Shown here piece after piece: positions 1 to 16,400 of a DNA stretch of 64,000 nucleotides. The translations under genes and the position numbers were made by a program. Position 1 is the stretch's first letter. The number at the start of each line of letters is the position of its first letter. The stretch comes from Eledone cirrhosa. Lineage: Eukaryota. The DNA is taken from NCBI GenBank assembly GCA_964016885.1, contig OZ024762.1, positions 17,236,001 through 17,300,000 of the forward strand, given 5' to 3'. The notes under the pieces were generated by a model. The model saw only the letters and a list, made by a program, of their open reading frames with translations, was not told the DNA's origin and searched no databases.

Positions 1-963
1 TGTAAATTGGAAATATTGGGTTAACCAACGCCCCATACACACACACACAAGCAAGTAAGTTCAGTGTTCTGCTTTACGTGTATAGATTGAATTGTAACAT
101 CCGTATCTTCAAGTGTATGTTATGGTATATACACATCCGAATCGTCAAATAAAAGGTATGTCCGGGTATATACACATCCATGTGAAGAGCAAGCAATCAG
201 CTCATATCGAACTCAGTATGTACAGCTGTCCCATTGAGAATCCGGGTCACCAAATCCGTGCGTGCAAGCAACCGCAATGTAGGCCAGCAAAGGGCTCCGT
301 GTAGAGTTGAGTATTGGGTAAATCCGTCCGTAAGTGCGATTTCCCATCATATGGACCAATGAGCTTTTAAGATAGTTGTTTGAGTGGTGGAGGTGTGTTA
401 TCCAATACAGAAGGTGTGTGTATGTGTATGTGTATATGTGTGTATGGGGCGTTGGTTAACCCAATATTTCCAATTTACATCGTCAAATTGAGATTTGACC
501 AATATATCTTCTGTTGTTTTGTGAACTAACTTTTGGTGAGTGCTGTGTTGGTACATTCTTATATTTATTTATTTGTTTTCTTATATTTGTTTTTTCTCGG
601 ACATCGCTTCGGTGTGTGTGAGAGTATGTGTGTACCCACCCACACTAACTCTACAGGTTTAATACTGTGTTGATGTGTGTATATATATGTATATATTTTT
701 CTTTGACCTCGAGCCGGTGTATGTGGGTGTGGAATGTGTGTGTACCCACTCACATTAACTGTGACTGACTGTATCCCTACAGATTTGATTGGTGTCCAGC
801 GTCTTTTGCAGCGATAGAAATCTGAAAACTTTTATGTCTTCAACTAAAGCTAATAGCAGTCGCCGTGTCTCTGACTGGTGTGTCTTCATATGAGGGAATG
901 AATTCTGTGAGAGAACATCGTTATTTTTCTCCCTCATATCAAGAATTTGAAGACAATTCATTT

Positions 964-1037
964 TCACCTGATGAGATCAGTGATAATCGATCATGGCTTC
1001 ACAATCGATCTATCTCTTATTGAAACATGTGTCGTGA
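964..1037 (+). ncRNA. Minimal type-I hammerhead ribozyme motif (long stem II)
   Basis: Stem I TCAC/GTGA, core CTGATGA (968-974), imperfect long stem II, GAAA-C-ATGT-G-TC (palindrome ACATGT). Predicted GUC cleavage after 1033. Confidence 0.75.
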
Positions 1038-1215
1038 TTAAATGATTGGAATTTTACCTTGCCTTCGGATTTTCATTTTGATACTTATACTCCGTTTTAC
1101 ATCATCTAGCTGTTCCCTTGAATGGAATTGGAGATATACAAAAGCGTGGAGAACTTAATATGGCTAACAAAGTTATTGGACCATTTTACACAACCAATAA
1201 TGCACCTTACTATAT

Positions 1216-1276
<61 letters not shown>

Positions 1277-1457
1277 TAAACGGAATAGAAAATGCTGACA
1301 AATTGTTCACAGTGAAAAATAGTTTAATTAGGAATAAGTGATAATTAGTAATAGTATTGGTTAGTATTAAGTTTTGGTTTTAAGTTTTACCGGTTGCGCA
1401 TTTCTAATGCTTTTCAAAAATAATTTTGAGATAGAGCGTCCGTGATGTTTGCTCTGA

Positions 1458-1496
<39 letters not shown>

Positions 1497-1499
<3 letters not shown>

Positions 1500-1826
1500 A
1501 TGAAATAAATGGAAACTATATTTATAAAACCATATTTATTCTATTATATATATTTCAATTTTTTGCCTGGAAAAGCTTGAACCGTTAAGATCTCCTTCCT
1601 GGATATGTCAATATTTATAAAACAAACTTTGTATTTTATCTGATGAGAACGTACCAAAGTTTTGGTACACTTGAAATGTATATAATAGAATAAATATGGT
1701 TTTATAAATATAGTTTCCACTTATTAATATCATTGATATTATACTCCAGAAAACTTGTCGAGTGCTTCGAATCTGTTATAAATATATATATTTGTTGAAT
1801 TAACAACGAATTAAATATCCCTTTTG

Positions 1827-1830
<4 letters not shown>
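1497..1830 (+). mobile_element. Fold-back Penelope-like non-autonomous element (family A) in (TA)n
   Basis: Left arm ~1497-1558 is the reverse complement of ~1671-1733, followed by a one-sided tail to ~1830 and flanked by (TA)n. Homologous copies at ~19490-19910, 23110-23310, 31240-31800, 44557-44880. Confidence 0.7.
1635..1689 (+). ncRNA. Minimal hammerhead ribozyme motif
   Basis: TTTAT-CTGATGA-stem II (GTACCAAA/TTTGGTAC)-GAAA-TGTATA-TA-ATAGA. Confidence 0.7.
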
Positions 1831-1878
<48 letters not shown>

Positions 1879-2156
1879 CATACATATATATATATAATGG
1901 AAAAATTTGAACAGGAACAAAACAGAGAGGCAGTACAACGAATGTTTATTAATTTCACGCAAAAGGGATATTTAATTTATATACATACATACATATATAT
2001 ATATATTTATATATATATATATATTGTAAATATTATGTAGACATACATACTATATATTATATACATACATATATATTATATTGATTATATTGCTGTTTTC
2101 AATATACTCGGGTCAATAGAATACATTCACGTCTATATCATAGACTTTCCCTTCAG

Positions 2157-2675
2157 TAGTGTGTCAGACGCCATGCTTTGTGGCATAGAATTACGGCCCT
2201 TTACATTCTAAGTTCAAATCCCACCAAGGTTAGCTTTGCCTTTCATCCTTACGGGATCAATGATAAAATAAAGTACCAGTAACACACTGCGGTCGATTTA
2301 ATCGACTTTCCCCTCCGCTCACCCCATAATTGCCTAAATTAGAAACAAACAGTTTCTAGTTTAGTCCCGGGGGCCATACGTTAAAATAAAATTAAAAATT
2401 AAAATTGTGAGGTCAATAAAATAAAATCCCAGTAATGCACTGGGATCTATTTAAACGACTCCCAGTCCCTCCCTTTGAAATTGCTGACTTTGTGCCTAAA
2501 TTAGAAACAAACGTTAGTATTAGCTCGGGACAATATGCCAAAATAAAATAAAATAAATGTAATTATGAGGTCACTAAAATAAAGTACCAGTAATGCACTG
2601 GGATTGATTTAATCCAGTTCCCCGCCTCCCACGCTAAAAAAAAAAATGGTGGTTTAGTGCCTAAATTAGAAACAT
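2157..2675 (+). mobile_element. tRNA-derived SINE (family 1) with tandemly duplicated 3' parts
   Basis: B-box-like AGTTCAAATCC and core CCTTTCATCCTTACGGG..ATAAAATAAAGTACCAGT. Tail TGCCTAAATTAGAAAC occurs three times. Many copies elsewhere in the window. Confidence 0.75.
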
Positions 2676-3004
2676 ATATTTACTATTAACCCCGGGGCCA
2701 CACGTCAAAATGGAATAAAAACTAAATAAAAGAATAATAAAGAACCTAAAAATAAAAATAATCAACCAAAAATATACTAAAACAAAAAACAAAAACAACA
2801 ACAAAAGTAATAAAATAAAATAACAACAAATAAAGCGAAATAGTAATACTACTAGTAATAGTAATACTACTAGTAATAGTAATACTACTAGTAAGTAAAT
2901 GGAAGGAAAAGAACGCTATCGTTTGAGTCAGGCCAATAGTTTCCACGTCAGCAAGCTGAGTGTTGGACGCCATTAATCTACGTCACAAACAGCGTTGTTA
3001 TGTT

Positions 3005-3600
3005 AATGGTAGATGGTGGTGGTGGTACGGTGTTGGTGGTGGTGGTATGGTGGTATGGTGGTGGTGGTGGTGGTGGTGGTGGTATGGTGGTGGTGGTATG
3101 GCGGTGGTGATGGTGTTGGTGGTATGGCGGTGGTGATGGTGTTGGTGGTATGGTGTTGGTATGGTGGTGGTGGTGGTGGTAGTGGTGGTGTGGTGGTGGT
3201 GGTGGTGGTGGTGGTATGGCGGTGGTGTGGTGGTGGTGGTGGTATGGTGGCGGTGGTGGTGGTATGGTGGTGGTGGCGGCGGTATGGTGGTGGTGGTATG
3301 GTGGTGGCGGTATGGTGGTGGTGGTATGGTGGTGGTGGTATGGTGGTGGTGGTGGTGGTGGTGGTGGCGTTGGTATAGTGGTGGTGGTGGTGCTATAGTT
3401 GTGGTGGTGGTGGTATGGTGGTGGTGGTGGTGGTATGGTGGCGGTGGTGGTATGTTGGCGGTGGTGGTATGGTGGTGGGGTGTTGTGGTATGGTGGTGGT
3501 GGTGGTGGTGGTGGTGTGGTGGTGGCAGCGTTGGTAGTGGTGGTGATGGTGGTGGTATGGTGTTGATCGTGACGATGGTATGGCGGTTGTGGTGGTGATT
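3005..3600. repeat. (GGT)n/(GGTAT) low-complexity microsatellite
   Basis: Direct reading. Confidence 0.95.
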
Positions 3601-3841
3601 GCGGTGAAGGGTTGACGCTGGCGTTGTTGACGTTATCGGTTACTATAGCTACGCTATTGACGCCATCTTGCTTGTTAGTTTTTACACAGTGAAAGAGAGA
3701 AGGAAAAAGAAAAAGGACGGGGACGATAGTGGTGGTGGTGGTGGTGGCGGAGGTAGCGGTGGTGGTGGTGTGGTGGTAGTGAGGGTGGTGGAGGTAGTGG
3801 TGAAATGGTGAATTCTATGTGTAGGTTCTTGGAATAATGTC

Positions 3842-4921
3842 AGCACACCACACACACCACACACACACCACACACCACACCATACACCACACACACCACA
3901 CCACACACACCATACACCACACACTACACCACACACTACACCACACACCACCACACTACACCACACACCACACAACACACACCATACACCACACACACCA
4001 CACCACATACACCACTACACCACACACTACACCACACCACACACCACCACACTACACCACACACCACACACACCACACCACACACACCACACACACCACA
4101 CACCACACACACCACACACACCACACTACACCACACACCACAAACACCACACACACTACACACTACACCACACCACACTACACCACACCACACTACAGCA
4201 CACACCACACACACCACACACACCACACCCCACACACCACACCACACACACCACACCACACCACACAACACACACCACAACACACACACCACACCACACT
4301 ACACCACACCACACACACCACACCACATCACACACACCACACCCCACACACTACACCACACTACACCACACCACACACACCACACCACATCACACACACC
4401 ACACCACACACCACATCACACACACCACACCACACACCACACACACCACACACCACACACCACACCACACCACACCACACCACACCACACCACACACCAC
4501 ACCACACCACATCACACCACACCACACCACACCACACCACACCACCACACCACACCACACCACACCACACCACACCACAACACACACCACACCACACCAC
4601 ACCACACCACACCACACCACACCACACCACACCACACCACACCACACACACCGCACCACACCACAACACACCACAACACACCACAACACACACCACACCA
4701 CACCACACCACATCACACCACACCACACCACACACCACACCACACCACACCACACCACACCACACCACACCACACCACACCACACCACACCACACCACCA
4801 CACCACACCACACCACACCACACCACACCACACCACACCACACCACACCACACCACACCACACCACACCACACCACACCACACCACACCACACCACACCA
4901 CACCACACCACACCACACACC
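3842..4921. repeat. (CACAC/CACCA)n pentanucleotide satellite
   Basis: Direct reading; becomes nearly pure (ACACC)n after ~4450. Confidence 0.95.
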
Positions 4922-5306
4922 ATATATATATATTAACTCCTACAATTTTATTACTCGGAGTTATTTGAGGCCAACAAAATAAACACGAAGGAGGGGGGGG
5001 GGGGGCATTACACGGGTCGGTAGAGCGTCAGTTAGAATAATTTGTGTTATTACTTCTAGCTCTCTGCTCTCTCTCTCTCTGTTGAAATCCTCCCACCACC
5101 ACCACCACCACCACCCGAGGTCGATAAAATAAAGTACCAGTCTAATACTGGGGTCAATACTTCCTCTATATCTCTTTTTCACTTCCCCATGAATGATTCC
5201 CGTACAACGTTAAAGAAGAAGAACTTCTGTCCGAAACGTCGAAACCTCCTCCACTTCTCTCAAGCGCGAACCTAATATAACTGTGTAAAAATTGTCTCCT
5301 GTGTTG

Positions 5307-5338
<32 letters not shown>

Positions 5339-5513
5339 GGTGGTGGCCGCGGCAGTGGTGGTGGTGGTCGTGTTGGCGGTGTTGGCGGTGTTGGCGGTGT
5401 CGGCGTTTGAAACGTTTTGTTTGCATCAACAGTTAATAAGGTCTGCTGTGATGCGTGGGCGTTGCAGTCATGGGCTGGATGGTGGGGAAGGTGGTGGTGG
5501 TGGTGTGGGGCCT

Positions 5514-5520
<7 letters not shown>

Positions 5521-5544
<24 letters not shown>

Positions 5545-5598
5545 TTGTTTGTGTGTGTGTTTGTGTGAATGTAAGAAGTGCACGAGAGAGAAAGACGG

Positions 5599-5652
<54 letters not shown>

Positions 5653-5867
5653 GTAGAGAGAGAGACTCTGTGAGAGAAGTAGAGAGAGAGGTAGAAAAAG
5701 GTAGAGAGAGAGAGAGAGTAGAGAGAGAGAGGTAGAGAGAGGGGGGGGGGAGACAGACAGTAAGAGAGAGAGGTAGAGAAAGAGAGAGGTAGAGAAAGAG
5801 GAACAGACTGTGAGAGAGAGAAATAGAGAGAGGTAGAGAGATATATATATATATATAGAGAGAAAAG

Positions 5868-5900
<33 letters not shown>
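5521..5900. repeat. (GA)n / (TA)n microsatellite
   Basis: Direct reading. Confidence 0.95.
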
Positions 5901-5901
<1 letters not shown>

Positions 5902-6291
5902 TGTAAGCTTTGTGTTATCATTGTTACGATGCATTTTCCACCTGTTGTCAATTGCAAATATGTGCAGCGGTCATAATGTCGTGCATACCAACAGCAGCAG
6001 CAGCAGCAGTTGTGTTGTAGTGTTGTTGTTGTTGATGTCGGGATCTCCGTCTGCTTCAACGACGAGTCTTCCAGTTGATTCGATCAACAGAACAGCGTGC
6101 TAGTGAACTTGACATGTAAAGTGACCGAGTAATTCAAAGACATACGCACTACTACCGTATATCTCAGGGAGATTCGGTATGACACAGTGTGTGACAAGGC
6201 TGAAATTGTGAGTTACAGGGTACAACACATTTCTTTTTACATCATAATACGTTGGTCTCTCTCTCTCCCTCTCTCTCTCCCTCTCTCCCTC

Positions 6292-6348
<57 letters not shown>

Positions 6349-6369
6349 ATATATATATATATATATACA

Positions 6370-6448
6370 CAGGGTGTCCCAATAAAATTGACATCAGTTC
6401 ATAGTCTAATAACATAGCCAATTCTTTCAAATTTTTTGGGACACCCTG
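6370..6448. mobile_element. Tc1/mariner-type miniature element (~80 bp)
   Basis: TIRs CAGGGTGTCCCA / TGGGACACCCTG in a TA-rich context. Related single ends at ~47290 and ~47430, degenerate copy ~23937-24050. Confidence 0.7.
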
Positions 6449-6968
6449 TATATATATACATATATATGGTGGCTGCCAACTCGTTTTCGAGTACGGCCAC
6501 TACTTTATATCCATGTAGGAGAACCCCCACCGATGCACTGAACAAGTGTGACTTTTTAGTCCAGCCAGCGACTTGAAAACTCTGGTACAAACACTAACCT
6601 GTGACAATTATTGACACATAGTGCTGGGCCCATGGTACCATGTGACGACAAGTGCAGAGAGATCTCCAGATATAAAGCAATGCCTGTGCCGTGAAGCTTT
6701 TATAGTGAGCAAAGGCACTGCACAAAGCCAGTCCCACTCTCTTAACCAAGATGATATTTACCAAAAAGAAGAACAAGTCAACATCATTGGATACCATCAG
6801 AGTTGCATACATATATATATATATTTCTGGACTAAAAATAGCCGTCGAAACGGCTTCAGCTCTGCCGTCGGGGTCCTGAACCTATTCCTATTACCCACTC
6901 TACTACCCTAAGTATTGAGTACACTGGTGCGTTATGGTCCACCTGGTTCCTTACCAGACTTCCTTCCT

Positions 6969-7040
<72 letters not shown>

Positions 7041-7235
7041 GGGGTGAAAGGTCCATGCTATGGGCGGGTGGGTGGAGTTTAGGGCGCGTGTCAAAGGGGA
7101 GAATTGGTATATATATATATATATATATATACATATACACACACACAAAAGGTGAACGGAAATATATAACAAAGGAAACGACACAGTACAATGAAGATAT
7201 GTATTAGTTTTACAATTGATATAGTAAGAAAAGTG

Positions 7236-7271
7236 TTTTAACGTTTCTGAAGTTAGTCCTTCATCAGAAAA
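7236..7271 (-). ncRNA. Degenerate minimal hammerhead motif
   Basis: Minus strand TTTT-CTGATGA-weak stem II-GAAA-CG-TT-AAAA (palindrome AACGTT). Confidence 0.45.
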
Positions 7272-7534
7272 TAGAATGAGATGTTAAAGAAGAAGTAGAG
7301 AAAGATAGGGGAGAGAAGGCAGTGGCTGAAACGCAAAAAATCCACGTCTATTCTGGTATAGATATAGTCGGTGGGAGGCAACAAGGAAAAATAACACGAG
7401 TGAGCCATGCAATACAGTGATGATATATATTAGCTTAACTTCTGATACTGTAGAAAAACATTTATGACCTTTCGGACGTCAGAACGTCATCATTTTTCAC
7501 AGGAGGAATCATGTATGAATTTAGTAACCTGTGA

Positions 7535-7569
<35 letters not shown>

Positions 7570-7570
<1 letters not shown>

Positions 7571-7966
7571 GTCTAAGGCGGGTAAAATTCCCGAGATCCA
7601 TGGACGAGTTCTCTCCAGCGGTCTCTGTCCCTCATTATCGCTGCCATGTCCTGCGTCTCCAACAGACCAGTGTCTGTCCTTAGGGCATCAACATACGTTA
7701 ACCTTGGTCTTCCACTTCTAGTGTGTCCATGTAGGGGCTCCCACAGGAGCTCTACACCAACACCAAAGCCCAAGTCATTACACCTGATGGGATGACAGAG
7801 TTCTTTGAGATACTGGCTGGAGTGCACCAGGGAGATACATTGGCTCCCTACCTTTTTATCATCGTAGTGGACTATTGTATGCGCCTTGCACTGGAGAAAC
7901 ACCAGGACTCTGGCTTTACTGTAGCACCGGCTCAGAGCAGGAGAGTTAAGGCGAAAAAGGTATCGG

Positions 7967-8037
<71 letters not shown>

Positions 8038-8360
8038 GAGAATGCTGAGGATGGCTCTGAACATTAATCAGTATACACTGAGGATGAAGAACTCAGAGCT
8101 GTACGGGAGCTTCCCAAAAGTCAGCTCAAAAGTGACACAGAGAAGACAGGTTGGCTGGACATTCTCACCGGCATCCAGATTTGACACTGCACTCAGTGCT
8201 CCTGTGGACACACTGGAAGTGGAAGACCAAGGTTAACGTATGTTGATGCCTTAAGGACAGACACTGGTCTGTTGGAGACGCAGGACATAGCAGCGATAAT
8301 GAGGGACAGAGACCGCTGGAGAGAACTCGTCCATGGATCTCGGGAATTTTACCCGCCCTA
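7570..8360. mobile_element. RTE-like non-LTR retrotransposon fragments (3' ends and an RT segment)
   Basis: Plus 7792-7968 encodes RT motif GVHQGDTLAPYLFIIVVD. C-terminal LLWEP..GH..GRPRLTYVDAL..DRDRWRELV on minus (7573-7750) and, frameshifted, on plus (8035-8360). Interrupted by (TA)n. Confidence 0.85.
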
Positions 8361-8528
8361 GAAATATATATATATGGTATGATATGGCCCCATAATTCCT
8401 GGTAGAGTTGTAGGGGCGCCCTTTTCATATACAGCGTTTCTTGAGCATATAACATCATCATCATCATCATCATCATCATCCTTTATCGTCCATCTTCCAC
8501 GCTAGCATGGGTTGGACGGGTTTTTCGT

Positions 8529-8617
<89 letters not shown>

Positions 8618-8819
8618 TTTGTTTGTATTTGTGTGTGTGTGCACGCGTGTATATATAGACCAATCAACCATCCAAACAACCAACCAACCATCCAACCAAC
8701 CACCCCACCACACCACCACCCAACCATCCAAAAGCCATGTACACTCTACTCGATATTGGCGTACGTCGACATATTACTTTAGAAATATACTGACAGAATC
8801 AATTATTTTACACACGTAT

Positions 8820-8896
<77 letters not shown>

Positions 8897-8932
8897 ATAT
8901 ATATATATATAATATATATATATTATATATAT

Positions 8933-9479
8933 TTCTAGGGCGGGTAAAATCCCCGAGATCCATGGACGAGTTCTCTCCAGCGGTCTCTGTCCCTCATTAT
9001 CGCTGCCATGTCCTGCGTCTCCAACAGACCAGTGTCTGTCCTTAGGGCATCAACATACGTTAACCCTGGTCTTCCTCTTCCAGTGTGTCCCTGTAGGGGC
9101 TCCCACAGGAGCACTGAGTACAATTTGAACTCTGGATGCCGGTGAGAATGTCCAACTAACCTCAGTCTCCTCTGTGTCACTTTTGAGCTGACTTTTGGGA
9201 GGCTCCCATACAGCTCTGAGTTTTTCATCAAAATATCTGGTAGAGAATGTTGAGAAGCCAGAGGGGATCACTAATGTAGGCGGGAAGCCGCTAGAATTGG
9301 TTGAGGACTCCCTGTATTTGGGACCTTCGTAAAGACCCGAAAATCCGCCTCTTCATTGCTGTAGTGGAGTCTGTGCTGCTGTACGGGTCTGAGACTTGGA
9401 CACTGACCAAGAAACACACTCAGATGGTGGATGGGGGGGGTACACGAGAATGCTGAGGATGGCTCTGAACATTAATCAG

Positions 9480-9481
<2 letters not shown>
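8933..9481 (-). mobile_element. 5'-inverted RTE-like LINE insertion
   Basis: Minus 8935-9231 encodes the ORF2 C-terminus (RRLRLVGHSHRH..GRP..DRDRWR). Plus 9232-9481 holds upstream ORF2 pieces ([22 protein letters not shown]). Flanked by (TA)n. Confidence 0.85.
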
Positions 9482-9553
<72 letters not shown>

Positions 9554-9610
9554 GTATATATATACTTACATGTATATATACACACAAACACATGCTTACA
9601 TAATACACAA

Positions 9611-9641
<31 letters not shown>

Positions 9642-9642
9642 C

Positions 9643-9684
<42 letters not shown>

Positions 9685-9687
9685 CAA

Positions 9688-9721
<34 letters not shown>

Positions 9722-9732
9722 GTGTGTGTGTG

Positions 9733-9801
<69 letters not shown>

Positions 9802-9993
9802 ACGTTGCTATAGGGACAGTAAGAATCAGATTTCTGACTGACGTCAGCAGTGTTGTATTTACGATTTTATCAGAAAGTCGTGACGTCAGTAGATTCCAGC
9901 GTTCAGCTACGTTTTCTCAACCGTCAACTATATCGAGAGTCATTCCTCCATTCGCATTATTGATTCTACATCCCGCTGCAGCATGTCTATATA

Positions 9994-10061
<68 letters not shown>

Positions 10062-10227
10062 GTCTGTACGGATGTATATACGTATGTGTGTGTATATATA
10101 TATATATATATATACACGTTTGTACGTATGTATATACGTTTGTATGTATGTATATACGTATATGCGTGTATGTATAGTGTGTATATATACGTTTTATGTA
10201 TGTTTATACGTATGTGTGTGTATGTAT

Positions 10228-10280
<53 letters not shown>

Positions 10281-10330
10281 GTTTGTATGTATGCATATAT
10301 TTATGTATATAGGTCAGTAAGTATGTATAC

Positions 10331-10386
<56 letters not shown>

Positions 10387-10699
10387 ATATAAATGTATAC
10401 ATACTTACTGACCTATATACATAAATGTATTCATACATACATGCGTATATACACACATCGCACCAAAATGGTTTTTTCAGCCCCAACATTTTTTCTGTGT
10501 TTATATATATATATATATATATATGCATAGATTTAGGCATATATGTAGTGCGGTATGTATGTGTGTATGTATGTATACATTTATATATGAACGTATGTGT
10601 TAATGTATGTATATATATGTCTCTATGTATGTGAGAATGTATGTGTATATATACCAAGTCTGCTCCCTGTATCTATATATATATTTGCGCCCTGAATGT

Positions 10700-12316
<1,617 letters not shown>

Positions 12317-12524
12317 CATAGGCAGACTATGAAGGAGTGATGCTAGAGCTGTGAAATGTTACAAGCATTAATTTCAACTCTTCTCATCAGTAACTGCATT
12401 GTTTCTTTCCAGGGACTATGTTGAAAAATAAACCTCATTTGGTCATTCCATGAGAGTATCTTGGTCAGCCTATGAATTTTTCACTCGACCCTCATACTTG
12501 ATTTTTCTAGAGTCACTCATGCTT

Positions 12525-12945
12525 GTTATGTAACGCTACAATATGGTAAGACTGTAACGTAACGTTGTAATACTGCAAAGTTGTAACTCGTACAAGGTTT
12601 TAACGCTAACGCCTGCAACGTTGTAACGCTGATACTATTCAACGCTGTAACGCTGAAACGCTGTGACGTCTGCAACGTTCTAACGCCGTAACGCTTGCAA
12701 CGTTGTAACGCTTGCAGCGTTGTAACTCTTGTAACGTTGTAACGCTTGCAACGCTGAAACGACGTAACGTTTGCAACCCTGTAACGCTTGCAACGATGTA
12801 ACGCCGTAACGCTGGCAACGCTGTAACGACGTGACGCTTGCATCGACCGCTGCAACAATGTAACGCTGAATTTCTGTAACGTTTGCAACATTATAACGCT
12901 TGCGAGGCTGTGGCAATGTAGCGTTGTGAAGCTGTAACGTCTACA
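12525..12945. repeat. Degenerate CpG-rich short-period repeat (GTAACGCT/GCAACGTT)
   Basis: Recurrent AACG core every ~8-9 bp. Confidence 0.8.
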
Positions 12946-13441
12946 ACGATTTAAAGACGACGACGAGGGCGGCAGCGGCGTCGATGAGGTTAAAATCCAA
13001 ATACAATAAACTTCACGAAACTCCTCCATCTTTTGAAGACACAACAATTCACATAAAAATGTCAAAAATGTATTTTTGTTTGCAAATGGCTGAGTTTAAA
13101 AGAAAAGGAAAGCCGCTTTTATTTCCTATGAAACTCTCCGAGGAAAGCCGTGGCCGATTAAGATTTGTTTGGAAGGAAGGGTGACTGGGCTGTGATTAGG
13201 AATCCCACAATATTTAAAGGGTTCCAAAATGGTTTAATGTTTTTGCTTCTATAAATAGTATGTAAGATCTGGCTGAAATTCTCAACCAAGGGATAGAAGC
13301 ATGAAGGACTCACAATAAATCGGTTATTTTCAATGGTGAATAGAGAGAAGCTTGGAAGGAGTAAGAACGTTTATGAAAGAAAAAAAAAACAGAGAGAGAA
13401 AGAAAGAGAGAGAGAGAGAGAGAGAGTGAGAGAGAGAGAGA

Positions 13442-13481
<40 letters not shown>

Positions 13482-13491
13482 GAGAGAGAAC

Positions 13492-13525
<34 letters not shown>

Positions 13526-13526
<1 letters not shown>

Positions 13527-13790
13527 TTGTTTCTTTATTAGCCACAGGGGCACAAAAGAAGGGGACAAATACAAAGGGGGAAGTTTACATACAATAAAAA
13601 CGTGTAAAATATTATCACAGATGCAATTTAAAAAGTTAGTCTATTTTCCCCAATAGGGGGAGACAGTTAATATGGGTAACACATACCCCCGAAAAAATGT
13701 GCAACCCTCATCTCCAGGAGTACGAAGAGTTTGTACTCCTTTCCTCTCCTCCTCCTTTTCCTCAACCTACAGGCTGATATAGAGAGAAAT
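13526..13790 (-). mobile_element. 3' end of Tx1/L1-like LINE inserted in (GATA)n
   Basis: Near-identical to 39848-40105. On minus it ends AATAAAGAAA, then (TATC)n. Confidence 0.65.
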
Positions 13791-13830
13791 AGATAGATAG
13801 ATAGATAAAGAACGAGAGAGAGATAGATTG

Positions 13831-13865
<35 letters not shown>

Positions 13866-14169
13866 GAGAGAGATGGGGAGAGAGAGAAAGAGGGAAATAC
13901 CACAACTGTGTGTAGGAACTAGAGGCAACAACGTCAAGCGTCTCACACTACTGGAAACACTCATAAAACCAAATTAGATTCTGATAACTCAGTTGCTATG
14001 GTAACCGATGAATTACGTCATAAGTAAATCAATTTTCTGAAAAAAAAAATAAAAGAATCAAATAACTAACTAACTAAATAAATAGATAGATAGATAAATA
14101 AATAAAATAAAATAAAATATGTAAATAATACATACATATGTATGTATGTATGTATATATATATATATAT

Positions 14170-14224
<55 letters not shown>

Positions 14225-14234
14225 CATATATATG

Positions 14235-14277
<43 letters not shown>

Positions 14278-14293
14278 ATATACATATATGTAT

Positions 14294-14362
<69 letters not shown>

Positions 14363-14386
14363 TACATACATACATACATATGTATG

Positions 14387-14460
<74 letters not shown>

Positions 14461-14495
14461 AAAAGAGTCAGGACCCCGACGGCTGTGCGCCGGCC

Positions 14496-14532
<37 letters not shown>

Positions 14533-14875
14533 ATATATTATATACATATATGATATATATATATATTATATATATATGATATATATATAGAATTGTTTCT
14601 ACTTTTGGCACAAGGCCAGCAATTACCCAGTACATTACTGGTACTTTATTTTATCGACCCCGTAAGGATGAAAGACGAAGTTAACCTCGGCGGATAATAT
14701 ATTTATATATATATATATATATATATATGATATATATATATATATATATGGAATATATATATATATATATATGATATATATATATATATATGATATATAT
14801 ATATGGAATATATATATATATATATATGATATATATATATAATATATATATGTGATATATATTATATATAATATA

Positions 14876-14927
<52 letters not shown>

Positions 14928-15045
14928 ATATATAATATATATGTGTATTATACATATATATTATATATACATATGTATTATTTATATATATTTATATTTG
15001 TATGTATATATATATATATGTACATATATATATGTATATATATCA

Positions 15046-15077
<32 letters not shown>

Positions 15078-15252
15078 TCATATATATATATTATACATAT
15101 CCTATTGATATATATATATCATATATATATATATTATACATACATATACCATATGTATATATATCATATATATATATCACACATATACATATAATCTTAT
15201 ATGTATTATCTTATATATCATACATATATAAATATAAATATAATTTTATATG

Positions 15253-15318
<66 letters not shown>

Positions 15319-15462
15319 ATAATAATAAATTTGAAGACTGAAATCCAAAGAGGGCTCGATAAGGATAAATATATATCAAATATATAAGAACCGTAGAGCA
15401 AATATTTATTAAAATAACAGATTAAAGTTTAAGCAAATAATCGCTGCTTTCACCCTTATCGG

Positions 15463-15510
<48 letters not shown>

Positions 15511-15606
15511 TTTATATATATATTCATTTATATATATATTCATTTATATATATATTCATTTATATATATATATTCATTTATATATATATATATATATATA
15601 TCATAT

Positions 15607-15665
<59 letters not shown>

Positions 15666-15717
15666 TATATATATATATATATGATATATATATATATAAT
15701 ATATATATATCATATAT

Positions 15718-15750
<33 letters not shown>

Positions 15751-15759
15751 CATATATAT

Positions 15760-15836
<77 letters not shown>

Positions 15837-15838
<2 letters not shown>

Positions 15839-16400
15839 CTAAAACTCTCTGGTTGTTTGCCTGCTTATCTGTAATGTAATACAGCCAAAAGGGCGCATAA
15901 TGGGAAAATACTTTGAAAGGAAGTTGACCCTGAAATGGGAATACAAACGATATAAAACAAGTTTCGCATAGATACGAGAACGAGTTCCCGAGATACGGGG
16001 TTTTTCCGGGTACCTTTATAAATAGAGAAAGAGAGAGAAAGATTGAGAGAAAGAGAGAGTGGTTGTGAGAGAGCTGGTAGTGTTGTTGTGTATATACATA
16101 TATATGTGAGTGTGTGTGTATATATACGTGTGTGTGTCTATGACCAGTATATATAGATCACTGACACCTACATATATATATATTTACACACATACATACA
16201 TATATATATATGTATACACACACATTTATATATATATATTCACACACGTGTATATATATATATATGACCTTCCAGTTTCATTTCACATTATATACATGTC
16301 TGAGTATATTTTAATTATTTAAACATTATTTTTAAGTGAACATGATTAAAAAACAAAATATTTTGAAATGAACATGACCGAACGGGTCACAGGTAGTCTA

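Noticed and set aside
3013-4982. Gly/Val/Trp- and His/Thr-rich ORFs
   Set aside because: Simple-repeat translations.
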